A stretch of 64,000 nt of DNA from the human T2T-CHM13v2.0 reference genome, Homo sapiens, in assembly GCF_009914755.1 (NCBI RefSeq), contig NC_060947.1, one strand, 5' to 3'. A program made the translations under genes and the position numbers. Of the stretch, positions 44,183 to 59,720 are shown piece by piece. Under the pieces are notes generated by a model. It was not told the DNA's origin. It saw nothing but the letters and a program-made list of their open reading frames with translations, and made no database searches. Numbering within the stretch: position 1 is the first letter of the stretch; each line of letters starts with the position of its first letter.

Positions 44183-46109
44183 AGTGGTATATACAGTGTG
44201 CCATGGGAGCACGGAGGAGAGAGCAACAGAGAAGAAAGCCTCCATGGGTAACACATGCCATCAGAAGTGCCCTCAGACTATATGATCTAAGGGGGATAGA
44301 CCTAGGGAAAATATTTGGTTTGGGGGAAGAGTTTGCTTCTCTCTAGCTGTGATTTTGGATTTTGCAAGTTACATATAAATGTCAGGGGAGAGAGAAAGAC
44401 AGAACGTAAGCCATGCTTAATAAAATCAAGCAACTTCTCTACAGCCACAAATCCAGCTGGATTTGGGTTGGCTCTTCCGTAAAGTTTGGAAGATGAGTTA
44501 CATTCTGTACAAGTGCTAGAAAAATCAATATCCGAAGGGGTAGCTAATTAAACCACAGAGACTTATTTTTTGAGCCAGTAAAGGTTTTCTCCAGTGGTCA
44601 GATGTTCATGAATTTCAAATTCTTTTTGCAGACTTTGCATAAAGATGAGTCCTGAGACAAGTCAACCCTAGCTTGGATAGCCTCTGAAAACTGGTTCTAC
44701 TCCCCTTGTCAAGGATAGGAAAGGCAGACTGAGCTCTTTCCTGCAGCAGCCTGTAGGTGGAGACCTTCACCTTCCTGAGCAGGTCAGTCCCACTCTCTGT
44801 CAGCCCTATGAATAGAGAATACACCATAAAACTTCCACACTTGGTGGGGAGCAGAGAGAGCTTTCCTTTCACCATTTATGGACTTTAAGGATGTGGATTT
44901 TATGCTTGTTTTCTTCCTCTCCTGATTGCTTGACACTGTGCCTTTTCTCCAAAAGAAGCTGAAAAGTTACTGGGTCACCTTTCTCCCTTCCAGGAGCTGC
45001 TGGACCCTGAGTCCCTTCCTGTCTCTCACCAACTAACTGTGTGCCATCCCTAGAGGCCTGACCCCATTCAGTGCCCAAAAGAGGAAGAAGGTCACAAGAA
45101 GAAACAAGAGAAATCTTGGGTCGCTCAGAAACACTGTCTCTACTCTGAGAACGATGTTTCTGTGTCTTCTCTTCCTGGATAAGAGGGCCTGAAGGACTCT
45201 AAGGCCAGAGTCTTTCTGTCCACCACAGGCCTTAAGCCAACAATGTACACATTGTGTTGCTGTGCAAACAGGGATTACTTTTATCTCTTCCCCCCAAAGT
45301 TTCCTCTGCTGTGCTTTGGAAAAGTAAATCAATAAGGCATGAGAAGATAGAGAATTAATAAATAAAGGTATGAATGACCTCTCCCTAGGTGTTCTAAAAA
45401 GAATAAGGTGGTCAACCATATTATAAAATTTGCCTTTTGAAATTTTATTTTCAGAAGTTAATATTTATTCTGTCATTTGGGCATATTATTATTACTATTA
45501 TTATTACTACTACAAATGCCTTTTGGAAAAAAGCCTGTAGCACCAGTAAATTTAAAAATTTCCCACTATGTGTTCATCTTCTCAATATTCCTAAGAGGAA
45601 ATCAAGCCACATCCAAGGTTTTTCCAAGATATTAACTCCTTCCTAACCCCACTAAAGCATACCACTACAAAGCTGCTAAGGGTCTCAAGAAGATGGAAGA
45701 CAGCATAACAGCCATCAGTCCATCTTTTCTAGGAACCCCACCTCTGTCAGTGGTGAGCATCTGTTTTTTAATGATTAGAAGATTAAATACAGAGCACTCT
45801 ACAAAGGGAAGGGAAATCTCCATGATCACCCAAGGGTCAGTCTTTGGCCTTATACCTAAGAACGAATTGCCCTTGCTGAGTATGTGAAAGCTGTTGTGCT
45901 GGTCAGTTAGCTGGTCCTAGACTCAAATACTATAAATATTTGTACTCAACGTAACTAATTAACAAGCCAAACACTAAGAAGAATGTGTCATGCTTTTGTG
46001 AAAGTTTAGTTTTAGTCTCTTCATTTCAACACATTTGCCTACTGCAGATCAATGTTAAGGTTGGCTTCATACAACTTTTTGCCTCTCTCATAATTAAGCA
46101 GTATGAACA

Positions 46110-46330
46110 TTGTTCCACAAGTGATGTGGTCTCCAGGCCGTTTATCAGTCTCTTAACCTCCCTTGAAGCTCATTCTAGTGTGTCAGTGTTTCACATAAAA
46201 TAAGGCATCCAGAATCAGACATCATTATCCAGATGTAGTCTTAACAGCAAAGAATTCAGAGGGACTAATACCTCTTATAATCAGAAAACTATACCTCCTT
46301 AATGAGGCCTAAGATTACATTTGTTTTAGC
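46110..46330. mobile_element. L3/CR1 LINE fragment
   Basis: tccagatgtagtcttaacagc...cttaatgaggcctaagatt resembles L3. Confidence 0.55.
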
Positions 46331-47387
46331 GGTTCATTTAACTTCAACGTGATTCCCTCATAACATATCTACCCTTCCCAAACACTCCTTCCATTTCGGC
46401 ATCACCAGCTCCACTCTGGATTGGTGCTGGGTTGGAACTTCCAAAACGACCACCAGATAGGCAAGCAGAGCCACTGAAGGAAAAGAGGACCAAAAGGAAA
46501 AGTAACAGTCATCCCAAACAAAAGAAATTCTACTGGAAAAGAAAGGGAACAGAGCAGTTAACAGTGTTACCAATGCACACAGATGTAGAGGGAAATTTGG
46601 GGACTACCAGATCTCGTGGTAGGGAAAAGAATATCACAGCTGTGCCTACTGCATTCTTCATTTGTAAACAACTAATTACTTCTGCTCACAAAAGTAACAC
46701 CACATCATACATAAAGGCAGAAATCAGCACAAATAACCAAACTGTTGTCTACTTGAAGAATAAACTGAAAGGAAAAAAGAGTTCTCTAAAACTGTATTCT
46801 AAAGCTGTCTATTTAGCCTTTATTGAAAGTCAGACTCTCCTAGACGTATTTTTCCCTGACCTAATCTTTTGTTCTTCTATGCCCCTCCCCTGCTAACCTC
46901 TCTGCACGATTAAGAATTTGGTAAATATAGTCAATTATTCTAAAGTTGCCAAAACTCTCATTTCAACTTGTTTCCCAGTTAATGTACCATAGCAGAGAAT
47001 GAATCGCTATTACAAGGAACTAAAAATAAAAATGTTTCAGAGTCCATAATTGGCTTGTCTTGCTGGACTTTTTATGCAGCCAAAGTACCAGTTCCAGACT
47101 ATTAGCCCTTGGTTTGTAGGAGAATAATATAATATATTTCCTCATTAAAATACTTTGCTGTCTACCATTTAAAAAGTAAAAGATGCATTTTTTCCTATAA
47201 TCTTTCATTTTTAGGAGGTTTTGAAGCTTTGGAGGCACAATGAAAGGACAAGAAAAAACAAATAGGTACTCTGCTCTAAAAATCAGCCATTACCTTCATT
47301 AACATTTTCCCTCCTTCTAAGCCAGTTTTCTAGCAGTTCCACAATACACCAAATCAAAAGGTCATTTGTTTTCCAAAGAATACAACA

Positions 47388-47396
47388 GTGTGTGTG

Positions 47397-47436
<40 letters not shown>

Positions 47437-47453
47437 TGTGTGTATGCATGTGT
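47388..47453. repeat. (TG)n microsatellite
   Basis: Visible dinucleotide run. Confidence 0.95.
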
Positions 47454-47699
47454 TTAAACTCAAATGCCAGTAATTGCCTAGGTTGGAGGCTGAAGGTTTC
47501 TAATAAAATTATGGCAATCAAACATTTGAAATCACAAATTCACAGATCCCTAGACACAGGTTAAACCAAATGAGACTTGTGGCTTTGTAATCATGTCATC
47601 GTGGTCCTTCCTACTAGAATCCAGGGATACCAAATGTTTGGTGGTCCATCTGTGGCTTTTAGCTTAATACAATTAGTAGCTGTGTATTGGCCTCCATAT

Positions 47700-48230
47700 G
47701 TAGTATGTGTTAGTACTTTCTACTACTTCCATCACACTTATCACAATTGCAAGTAATTATCTGTGTAATTATTTTTTTCAACGTCTATCTCCTGTACTTT
47801 GGGCTCCAAAAGGGTAGGGGCAAGTGTGTTTTGTCCTTAAATGTGTATTCTATACCTGGTAGGATATAAAGGTAGGTAGAGTAGGCATTAATGAATGAAT
47901 GAACCATCTGCTTTGCTGGAGAAGAAAGTTTGTGTGTGAAGTGGTAAGAAATAAAATTAGGCCTCATTGAAGCCTTACCTAACCACCCTATTTAAATTTG
48001 CAAATTTTCTCCAAAACTCATTATCTTCCTTTTCTGCCTTATTTTTCTCCATATCACTTATCTTCTAAAATACCATACATTTCACGTATTTATTTTGTTT
48101 ATTATCTCTCTTCCCCTGCTAGAATGTTAACTCCATGATGTTAGGAATTTTTTGTCTGTTTAGTTTACTGCTGTTCCTGGAACCCTGAAAACAGCTCCTG
48201 GCACAAAGTGTTTATCAAGTGAATGAAGGT
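47700..48230. mobile_element. L2 LINE 3' fragments
   Basis: Two L2-tail-like stretches (ctagaatgttaactccatga...cctggcaca; gaatgaatgaa). Confidence 0.65.
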
Positions 48231-48253
48231 CCTTCATGGACGAGACAAATGAC

Positions 48254-48284
<31 letters not shown>

Positions 48285-48355
48285 CCACACAAAACTTAAA
48301 AATACTAAATATATGATACCATGGCCCATTTAATAATAACATATCAAGAAATGGA

Positions 48356-48650
48356 GGCCAGGCACAGTGGCTCACACCTGTAATCCCAGCACACTGGGAT
48401 GCCAAGGCGGATGGATCACTTGAGGTCAGGAGTTCAAGACCAGCCCGGCCAGTATGGTGAAACCTCATCTCTACTAAAAACACAAAAATTAGCCAGGAGT
48501 GGTGGCGCACGCCTGTAATCCCAGCTGCTTGAGAGGCTGAGATGGGAGAATCCCTTGAACCCAGGAGGTGGAGGCTCAGTGAGCCAAGATCACACCACTG
48601 CACTCCAACCTGGGTGACAGAGCAAGACTCCACCTCAGAAAAAAAGAAAA
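48356..48650 (+). mobile_element. AluS element
   Basis: Full dimer; TSD core aagaaatgg; preceded by (CA)n at ~48257-48290. Confidence 0.95.
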
Positions 48651-49356
48651 AAGAAATGGGTCTCTGTGTGTCAGTTTTCAGCTTCCTAAGATGTCAGAAC
48701 CTGATCCTGATCTCTGACTTAGTAGGACAGGGACACCTGGAGAACCCTAAACCACTCCATCTTCCATATATCCTGTGCAGCTTCCAAGCACCACCAAGCC
48801 ACTTCTGCAATAGAAAGCCTTTCTTCCCTAACAGGGCAACTGAAAGTAAAATAGAGGAAGCTACCTTCTGATCATGAGATTCCAGTATGACATGGGAAGA
48901 AAGTTGGCACTTTTTCTAACCTATTAATCTAACACCCTCTGCTAAAAGCATTTTACCAGAATTCCTCCCAAACTTGAATTTTATGGGTCAGCCAGAATGC
49001 TGGCACTGACCTAGAAATCTCAATTGCTGAACAGGCATTGAAACAAACAAAATAAATGGGCATTTATATTCAATAGAAATTTGTGGCGTGAGCAAGGCAT
49101 CTGGAATTCATGAAGTACTAAAAGCCTCTTGCTTTTTTGGGGAAACTCTGTTCTAGCTGGTGTAGAAGAAAGGAGACTCTGGATCAGAGACTTGAGGTTC
49201 AAGTCCTGTTTATGTGTGATCTCAGAAAAATACTTAACTTTCATATAATTTAGTTTATTTACCTGTAAAGCTAGGATAATAATGTTTCCAGTCTCAAAGA
49301 GTTGTTGGGAGGATTAGTTAATATATGAAAAGTACTGAGCCCAGAAACTGACATAG

Positions 49357-49701
<345 letters not shown>

Positions 49702-51058
49702 TCCTTCTCCTAGTTTTATGCAGGAAATGGAGAGAAATTGATTTGCTGTTCAAAACCATCACAAAAAGTCTTAAAGTCCTTTTGTGAACAACATTTACTC
49801 TGAAAGAAAGAATCATCTCATTGGGGAAAAGAATCAGCTTCAGTTTTTAACCTCTCCCTTTCTCTGTTCTTTGCACTAGAATAAGAAAAACAACTTAATA
49901 TGCTGTGATGCAGAGAGAAGAAACTTGGACTTTTATCCTTTACTTTTTTAAGGAAGAGAAAGAGAAAGCTCTTCAGAGCTAGCCTATTTTCCTTTCTTCG
50001 AAAAAAGAGCAAAACCACCATCAGGCAATGTTAGATGGTCCCTAAGGCATTAAATTAAAAAAGGCCTCCAACAAAATTAAAACTTGGAAAACCTCAGAGG
50101 GGCAGAAATGTGGGTGAGAAAAACTCAGAATTTCCTTGTGAGGGAAAAATAAGAAAAAAAAATTATACAATGAACAGGCTGCAGAGCAAGGCAAGAAAGT
50201 TCTAGATGAGCAAAAAACAAAGCAGGGCTCTGCTAAAAGTAGAAGCCAGAGGGATGGTCTCTTGGGAGTTCTCACAGGTGACTAAAAGGAAAGCAGCAGC
50301 CTCGGGGAACTGACTATTTAGCTTCTCTTTTTAACTACTTTTTTTCAGTATGGCTTGTGCTTGCTGACTCTGAAACATCCAAAAGTAGGAGAAGGTCCCA
50401 TAAAAATGAGGGTTTCTCTAAGGGAGCACCTTTGGAAGGTAGGTAGCTTTCATTGATTTCGTCAGTAGCTTTCTTAGCAGAAGGATTCAAGCATTATTTT
50501 AAAGTTTACACCCCTCACCCTTTTGATAATGCTGAGGCAATATCTTGGGAAAAGGGGAACAAATAACAGTTATTAATTACCCTAATTAACCCAATTCATA
50601 AGACATATTTGTATGGCTGTCATGACAACTGCTTTGACTAACTTGCCAAGAATAGCTTAGCTGTCCATTCAAATAAATCCCTGATAATTACCAGTCTAGT
50701 TTACTGGGCTTCTGTGATAATAATAATTAGTGCTACTGTGCCAAAGGTCGCACTAAACAATTTATGAATGATGCATTTTGCATGGTGATTATGTGAGTCA
50801 CAGGCAATGTACAGAATGTTTGCCATTATGCTATTAATATTAATGTGAAAGGGGGTGGCTAGATTTCAGGCAGTGACTGGCATTATGGTCTTTATAGCTA
50901 AAAATGAGCAACAGGGGGAAAATGGAAACTTTACCATTAAATAAGGCATGTCCAAGGAATCATAAGATACATTGTAACTCATTGTTTCTCTGAAGCCATC
51001 ATCCATAAATTATGCTTACAAGTCTTGGATTCAAAAGAAGATGAAATATGAAATATTT

Positions 51059-51497
<439 letters not shown>

Positions 51498-51519
51498 TCA
51501 TATTAAGCCCTATATGATT

Positions 51520-52106
51520 TTTTTCTTATTTTTTTATTATACTTTAAGTTCTAGGGTACATGTGCACAACGTGCAGGTTACATATGTATACACGTGCCAT
51601 GTTGGTGTGCTGCACCTATTAACTCGTCATTTACATTAGATATACCCCCTCCCTCCACCCCAAGACAGGCCCAGGTGTGTGATGTTCCCCTTCCTGTGTC
51701 CAAGTGTTCTCATTGTTCAATTCCCACCTGAGTGAGAACATGTGGTGTTTGGTTTTGTGTCCTTGCGATAGTTTGCTGAGAATGATGGTTTCCAGCTTCA
51801 TCCATGTCCCTACAAAGGACATTAACTCATCCTTTTTATGGCTGCATAGTATTCCATTGTGTATATGTGCCACATTTTCTTTATCCAGTCTATCATTGAT
51901 GGACATTTGGGTTGGTTCCAAGTCTTTGCTATTGTGAATCGTGCCGCAATAAACATACCTGTACATGTGTCTTTATAGCAGCATGATTTATAATCCTTTG
52001 GGTATATACCCAGTAATGGGATGGCTAGGTCAAATGATATTTCTAGTTCTAGATCCTTGAGGAATCGCCACAATGTCTTCCACAGTGGTTGAACTAGTAC
52101 AGTCCC
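51520..52106 (-). mobile_element. 5'-truncated L1PA (ORF2 C-terminus and 3' UTR)
   Basis: ttattatactttaagttctagggtacatgtg...; ORF2-like peptides (WRFLKDLELEI..., WMKLETIILSKL); perfect TSD aagccctatatgatt at 51505-51519 and 52107-52121. Confidence 0.96.
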
Positions 52107-52328
52107 AAGCCCTATATGATTAAAGACAAGCCTCGGAAAAGAAAACCTCCCTGACTACTGGTGATAACCATGGACAAGAAAGTAGGGCATTTCAATTGAG
52201 GATCAACATGCTATTATTCTAATGAAATGGTGCTATGGTCCAAAGGCTTTGAATAGTAACACACCTTTGAAAAATGAGTTCTAAATGTTGCTGTCACTTT
52301 TCCATACTAATAAAGTCTCTTTATGCTA

Positions 52329-52855
<527 letters not shown>

Positions 52856-55701
52856 TTAAACCAAAGCTTGGGTTTTTACTGAATTCCTATAGCAAATAGC
52901 TTTTCTTATTAGCTAGGTCTTTTTCTAAACTATTTTCTTTTTAAATCACTGTCATTTCAAGCTTCAGACTATGCTAGGAGTGCTGTTCACATCAAATTAG
53001 AAATTTGGCATTAATGAAGTGCTCTGGTTGAATTGGCAGAAAGGGATAAAAACACATCCCTTTGTTGCCAGTAACTTAGATTTTTTTTTTTATCTACAGC
53101 AAATGCAGAGAAGATTCATTTATGATGAGCAATAACTGGGATTCTACAGTAAAGCATCTGGAACAGTGCCTGGCACATGTTAAGCATTCAAGGAATGAGA
53201 AGCTACATGAAGAAGGTATTAGGCAATATTTACACCATTGTGAGACACTAGATTGTGAATTTGCAATGAAGTTGAGAATGCTGAGCAATAAAATCACAAC
53301 TGGTAATGCCTTCTCCACTTTCTGTTGCTTGTGGGAAACCATGACTTGCTCCACTTTGTATTACTTTTGGTTCCCTCTCTTTCCAGGGGTGAATAAAATT
53401 GCACAGTATTTTGGTACCAAAAGAAATACAACAGAGATAGATCCTAGTTTGCAAGTAATGTCAAGGCATGTTAGAGCACAGTCTACATAGCAATGTTTAT
53501 TTCTCTATGCCTAATTTATGTCTCTTAGAATTATATGATTTCTAATACTGTCTTAAGTCTGTATGAAGGCAGGGCTGTTAAAAGAGTTTGTTAAGAGACC
53601 TAAGAGTTTTCTACCAACTCTACCAATAACTGCATTGGAACCTGGTAAAAGGGTTTTTTTTCACACAATTGTGTTTTTAATGTTTTCTTCCCATTATGGA
53701 ACAGAATGGTGGCAATAATGGCATTATGATGAACATGTTGCCTTCTAAGGTGCTTTAAATACGCCAGATACTAAACTGTTTCTAGGAAAAGAGTAAAACC
53801 AATACTTAACCTTCACGCACATAATTCTTCATCTTATGCACTGCCCTGCCCTGGATCCACCCCAGTAGATTGTAAACTCTTTGAGGGCAAGGATTATTCA
53901 GCACTCATTTTTGTAAACTCCGCAGTATCTAGCCCAGACTGATGCATAGGTGTTCAATACCACACAGCTGAAGTAAACTGAATCTGGGCAGATATGGCTA
54001 AGGCATTGAAGTGTGAGTTCAGAGCTTTGGAGAGCTGTGTGTCACAGCATGTGCAGGAGAAGTGAATCTGCAAGTGTGTAATTAACAACCCAGTGACTGC
54101 TGATGAGAAAGAGAATTCGATACTACGCAGCACTGAACACAACTTAACAAGCAGCAACTCATGTAAGGGAACCTAATACTCTACACGTTGTGGAGAGAAA
54201 AATCCTGAGAGGCAGTGAGGTGTAAGGGAATCTAATCTTCTGTGAATGGAAGGCAGCCAAATAGGGTTCGATGTGATTGGAAATCCAATGTACTGGTATA
54301 GAAGGAAATCCAATACGAAATAGTGGTGAAGAGGGAATAAGCGTTGGTGATTAACCAGACTGGTCACTGGAAATTTCCTTTGTTCCAAAAACACAAAACC
54401 AAGCTGGATAAATATTCAGCCCAGGATTTCAAGTCCATTGAGAAAGGGCAGAAATGACCCTGACTATACAAACACTATTCTTAAGTTGTTCATTTATACC
54501 ACACAAACTAAGGAGTAGCCTGGGCTCAACTCCCAATCCTGCTCTCACCGTACAGAAGCCATCCAAGAGAAAGCGAGCTGGCAGTACCACTTGCTCCATC
54601 AGAAACAGTTACTGTGTTAAATGTCCTTTGTGTTTAGATTATTAGTGTTTTGCTGGCATGGAAATAAGAATGTGTCTATTGGGTTCTCCAGCTAACATGC
54701 AATCTGCCCACGTGGATCCTTGAGATAAGGGGGAACCCCAGAGCCCCAAAGGAAAAAGCTGAAAAGTATTTTATTGAGTAATCATTCTACTTTTAAAATA
54801 ACCTGTTCGTCAATACAGTTCTTTTTCAAGCTCACTAACAGTAAGGAAATTTACATGAAAAATGGCCTTTAGGAGCCATCAGTATTATTTATGAGGAGCT
54901 ATAACCGTGTCTGATGCTTTCCAATAGGCAGAATATGCTAAACTAAACCTTGCCTGTTCTTCATGTGTAGTTATTATGAGACTAGTTGGTTATAAAACAC
55001 CCTGCACTTGTATTAACGTGCTAGCCAGTATAACCACCACAAGCCAAGCAATTCTTTCTGTCACTGGAACCGTCTGAACAAACTACAACAAAAGTCAGGT
55101 TAAGACATCAGAAGGAGATTAGCACTACGGGCAGATAAACCTGAAGTGTGTGGGCTTTTGTCAGAAGACTATACTAAGCTGCACACTTCTTCACTCCCTG
55201 CAGCTGGGCCATGGATGTCTTCTCTGATTATGTCATCGACACAAACAAGTCTCCCCTTTCGTCAGCACTGCCATACCAAGACATCTTTGGAGCAGCTTAA
55301 ACTACAGCTCTCCTCTGCCTCTCACGTACCATTCACACAGCTGTCACAGACAAACATGGATCGCTCTCTGCAGCCAGAGATGTGGGAGGCAGACAGGCCA
55401 CAGCTGGATTCTCTGACCTTGGGCAGAGTAAAAAGGGCACACAGTTAAGAGGGGACAATCCTCTTTGGACTTCAGTAAGGGGAAAATTCAATGAAGAAGT
55501 CAGATTAGGGAAGAAGATGAATCTCCCCCTGGCCACATCATCTTCATTATTAGGACATGTCAGGAAGCAGGGCAGCTGCTATCAGGACAACAGCCCCGGG
55601 AAAGCAAAGAAGAAGAGGAACCCAGACTGTCTGCTTTGCTATTGGCAAAACGAGTCCTTCCCAAATGAGTCACGTAGGGCACCAACAACTCTGAGATCTG
55701 T

Positions 55702-55706
<5 letters not shown>

Positions 55707-55752
<46 letters not shown>
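55707..55752. repeat. (CA)n microsatellite, about 23 units
   Basis: Perfect AC run. Confidence 0.96.
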
Positions 55753-55753
<1 letters not shown>

Positions 55754-58700
55754 ATTTCCTCCCAGCTCTCAGGAACACAACTTCTTTCCCTTTATCTAGA
55801 CAGTAGCTTTTGCCCACCTTTATAAAATAGGTAAGGAATGGTTGCCCTTGATGGTACTATTACAAAGAGAAAACGCCAGGATGTATCCCTGCCTTTGAGG
55901 AATGTAAAGATGAAGAGATAAAGACAATGAAATTACGGTGGCCAAGTTGAATAAAGGCTGGCTTTTGATGCGTCTATACGCCCTCTGCTGACTGTCAGAC
56001 AGAACGTCACAGAAAAAAAGTTGGAGCAGAAAGAGGGAAAAAGAAACAGATTGGAAGCAGAAAATAGGGAAGGAAAGACGCCTTTCTTCTCTGGAGACTG
56101 CTGTCTGTTTATCCAGAGGGAATATAAAGAGGAAGAGGCCCTTGACCTCCTATTTATCAAGAGTAGCCAAGAAAGAATATAAAATGATAAATATTGCCTT
56201 GACAGTACTCTGATTCTATGTTATAAATGTGACTAGATGAGCCTTGCATGCCCTAAAACACTATCTTACTGAGCTGCATCTGCACACCACCCATTGACAT
56301 TGGTTGGGGGTGGGAGGTGGCATGGACTCAAAAGGGCCATCGAGCAGTAACTGGAGGAATGGATTTGAGCCACAAACCATCCATCTGAAGCTGGCTGCAG
56401 GCTGCTTCTTTCTTTACTTTGAAACAGATTCTTTTCATGGCTGCTTTTCTGAAATGAATTTGATTTTTTCAGAATTCATGGTAGACTCTGTGTGTTACCA
56501 CAACCACCACCTCCTGCCTCAGCCTCTTTCCACTTTTTTAACGAATGGCTGTGTGTTGGATTCAAGACTTTGGCACTCAAATTCAGACCACCTTGGTGGG
56601 GGAGGGGTGGGAAATGGTTCCCTGAGATTAGGCCAAGAGTTTAATGTCAACAGCCAGCCGTCAACCATCTTCCTGTCCCCCACCTTTTTGCCTCACAGCT
56701 CCTGCTCACCCTTCAAGGGTCAGCTCAAATATTACTTCCCTTCCCCCAGACTAGGTTGAGTTTCCCCATTTTACTCTTTCATAATAATATGCTCTTTTCT
56801 TTCATAGCATTATAATTTTATATTGTTGGTGTTTTGTCCCCCCACCCCATGAAGGCAGGGGACTATGTCAGTTTTGCTGACCACTATTTAGCCATTATCT
56901 AGAACAACACAAAGAATGGCATAGATACTGGAAAAAAATAGCATAGAATGAAATAAATTAATATATCCATAGTAAAGCAAACTAAACTATTCAACAAAAT
57001 GAGTTGCTAGTATTGAAATAACCCTTAAGAAAGCATTTTGAAACACTTCCTCCAAAGTCTCTGTTCTCTGATTCTTATTCCTCCCAAACACCCAGATATA
57101 TTCAGTTACTTCAAAAGTGCTGGCAGAAATGTTATGCCACAGCCTGCTTTCTGCTTCAATCACCTTTAATTTTGTTTTCAAATTCCAAATCAAAACCCGT
57201 TTCCCTGCTACAACTTACCACTGCAAGTGCTTACGCTATGTTTATTTAATTTTGCAAACCAAGGAATCAATAAAACATTGTATTGATAATATAATTTCAT
57301 TGAATCCTGCAAACAGGCCATCAGCGGATACTGAACCAATTAATATTGAATTCTATGTAGTCTCATTTGGTCTAATAGTCACATGTGATATTTACAAAGT
57401 CCATTATTCAGCAATAAAAAGTCCCAGGATTATTTGATCTATTTCTGACCTTTCTGGTTCTAAGCAATCTTCTTTTTTTGTCCACTTTGAAATATTACCT
57501 ATAAAGCATTTTACAAAACTGTACTCTGTGAGCAACGTAGAAGGTCCAAGGCCAAAGATAAATATTAGTTGTAAACACCTCATCTTACTAGTAGGTGACT
57601 AAACATGTAATATTACCTAGCCTATGAATGTTCAACATTGATAAGAAAAAAACTGGAAGGTCTTGGCTTACTTGAATTTCACATACCTGACTTAAAAATG
57701 AGTTAGTGCAATCCACCAACAGAGACATTGAAAGTCTTCCCTATAGTATATGTCTGTGATAATGAAAGACAGTATAATATGACAAACTGAAACCCCAGTA
57801 AGACCAAGCCTCTTGTAGCCGTTGAAGATAGCTTTTTTCTCTGCTACTCAATGACAGGGAAATTAATTTCATTTGAGGTTAATGCTTACTTGATATGCTG
57901 TGGAGGGAATTTTTCTCCCCTTGGTTCTTTACTTACGCCAAGAGAAAGCACATCCCATGGAACATTTTAGGTAGACTGTAAAGGTTACTGGCACAATGAA
58001 TATGATACACTTCTCTCTGCTACATCAATTATCAACCATTAAATTACCGTAGGCCTGAACAAAAAAGCAAGAACAAAGTAGGGAGATCTGTTTAGTGCAG
58101 AGAACCACTCCTAAAATTAATTTAAAAGAAACTGTCCACCTGAAATGAATCATTAGATAAGCCTTGTATTTTGCACATTTCACAATGGTTGGGATGATGT
58201 AATATGGGCAATTACACACAAGCAACTAGAAAGCTGTCGTCCAAAATAGCTGCAGCACAGCTGAGGTTTACTCTGGGTCTGTGGTTTATAGCAAAGCAAC
58301 AACCTTCCCTACACACACAGCCACTACAAATTCAAAGGAAAACTGCATTTGGATATCATTTTAATTATACGTGCATGGATTACAACTCTATAAGCTAGAG
58401 AAGGAAAATAATCAGCCTGTACTGAAATGAACAGAAAATGGTTAGTACTCAACTGCTGACTATTGGGAACAATATCCAGTAATTTAAAAAAAAAAAAAGA
58501 AATAGACACAACCACCTACCTATTATTTTCTTGGCAATGCTTCACTTACAGTGAGACTCTGTTTGGCAGAGTTCACACATTTCACATTCAGGTTAAATAT
58601 TATAACAGATAACCAAGCTTTTGTTCTCCCCCTCCCCAAGCCACCTAGCACTTCCTTAAAACCCCCCACAAGCATAAATTGTTCCACAAGTTGCCAAAGT

Positions 58701-59539
58701 GAAATTGGAGTCCCTGCCCTAGGCCACTACACTTCATCCCAAAATTGAGAAAAGAGTATAAAATATTCTTGGATAAGAGATACAAGAAGCTGGTTTCCTG
58801 GGTAGAAGTAAAACATGTCTGAGACAGAGCATAGTCCTGGGAACATGATCTCAAAAGTTCCTCACCATGAACTGGCTATTTAAAATTCATTTGTAAGTCA
58901 CTTGCATGAAAGAAAGAAGAAAAGGCAGTGGCCCTGAAACAGAGCCCAGGTCTGCGGAAGCAGCAGGTCACAGGATAAGAAAGGCTTGGGGTAGTATTTA
59001 TTAAAGTGCAGGTCACAACCCCAAGCCAGTGGTCCATGAAATTGCCATCTCCAGAGCTTCCTAGCTAATGGAGATACCCAGCACAGAGTCATGCAGGAGA
59101 AAGGTTGAAAAATGCCAGATTAAGGCCTAAATTGATATCCACTGACTCTGGAAAGAAAATACTAAGGGATAACATCAGAAGAGGGCTTCTGGCTCTCTGG
59201 CCAGCACATCTAGCTAACTCTGATTCACGTAGGACCTCCTCCCACTTCACATTTGAACTAGAGATGGGTGTCACAGTAAGGAACAATGAGAAACTCTGAA
59301 GGAGCCACTAAGGAAAAGAATACTGTGATGTAAAAAGGAATTTGTGTAACTAAAAGCAGAAAAGCACACTGAGGTGGAATTTGTTTGCAGTAACAGAATA
59401 GAGGCAAATGAAAGTTTTCTTTAATTTCAAAATTCAATTGTGTTGCCCTCTACAGTACATTGCTAGAGGCAGTAAGAATCTGATTGCCTCCTTCCAGATT
59501 AAGAGGCACAAATTAGATATTTTCCTAGTCAAAAAGAGA

Positions 59540-59720
59540 TCATAATAGTAATAGCTACTTAACATTTACTGATGGCTTATTATGTGCCAGGTGCTTGAAC
59601 ACTCACATTGAATCCTCACAAGAATCTACGAGGTAGGTCCCATTACTCTTATTTTACAGATAAGAAAGCTGAGGCACAGAGAGGAAGTAATTTCCCTAAA
59701 GCCACTTGGCTCCTGACTCT
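59540..59720 (-). mobile_element. MIR SINE
   Basis: tatgtgccaggtgc...aatcctcacaa...attttacagataagaaagctgaggcacagagagg. Confidence 0.82.

Noticed and set aside
46432-46896. 154-aa ORF (similarly 37041-37490, 55382-55825, 56304-56759)
   Set aside because: Mostly non-ATG starts and no recognisable domains; lengths are plausible by chance in 64 kb.
51631-52073. L1 ORF2-like peptides
   Set aside because: Frameshifted remnant of a ~590-bp truncated L1PA; not functional.
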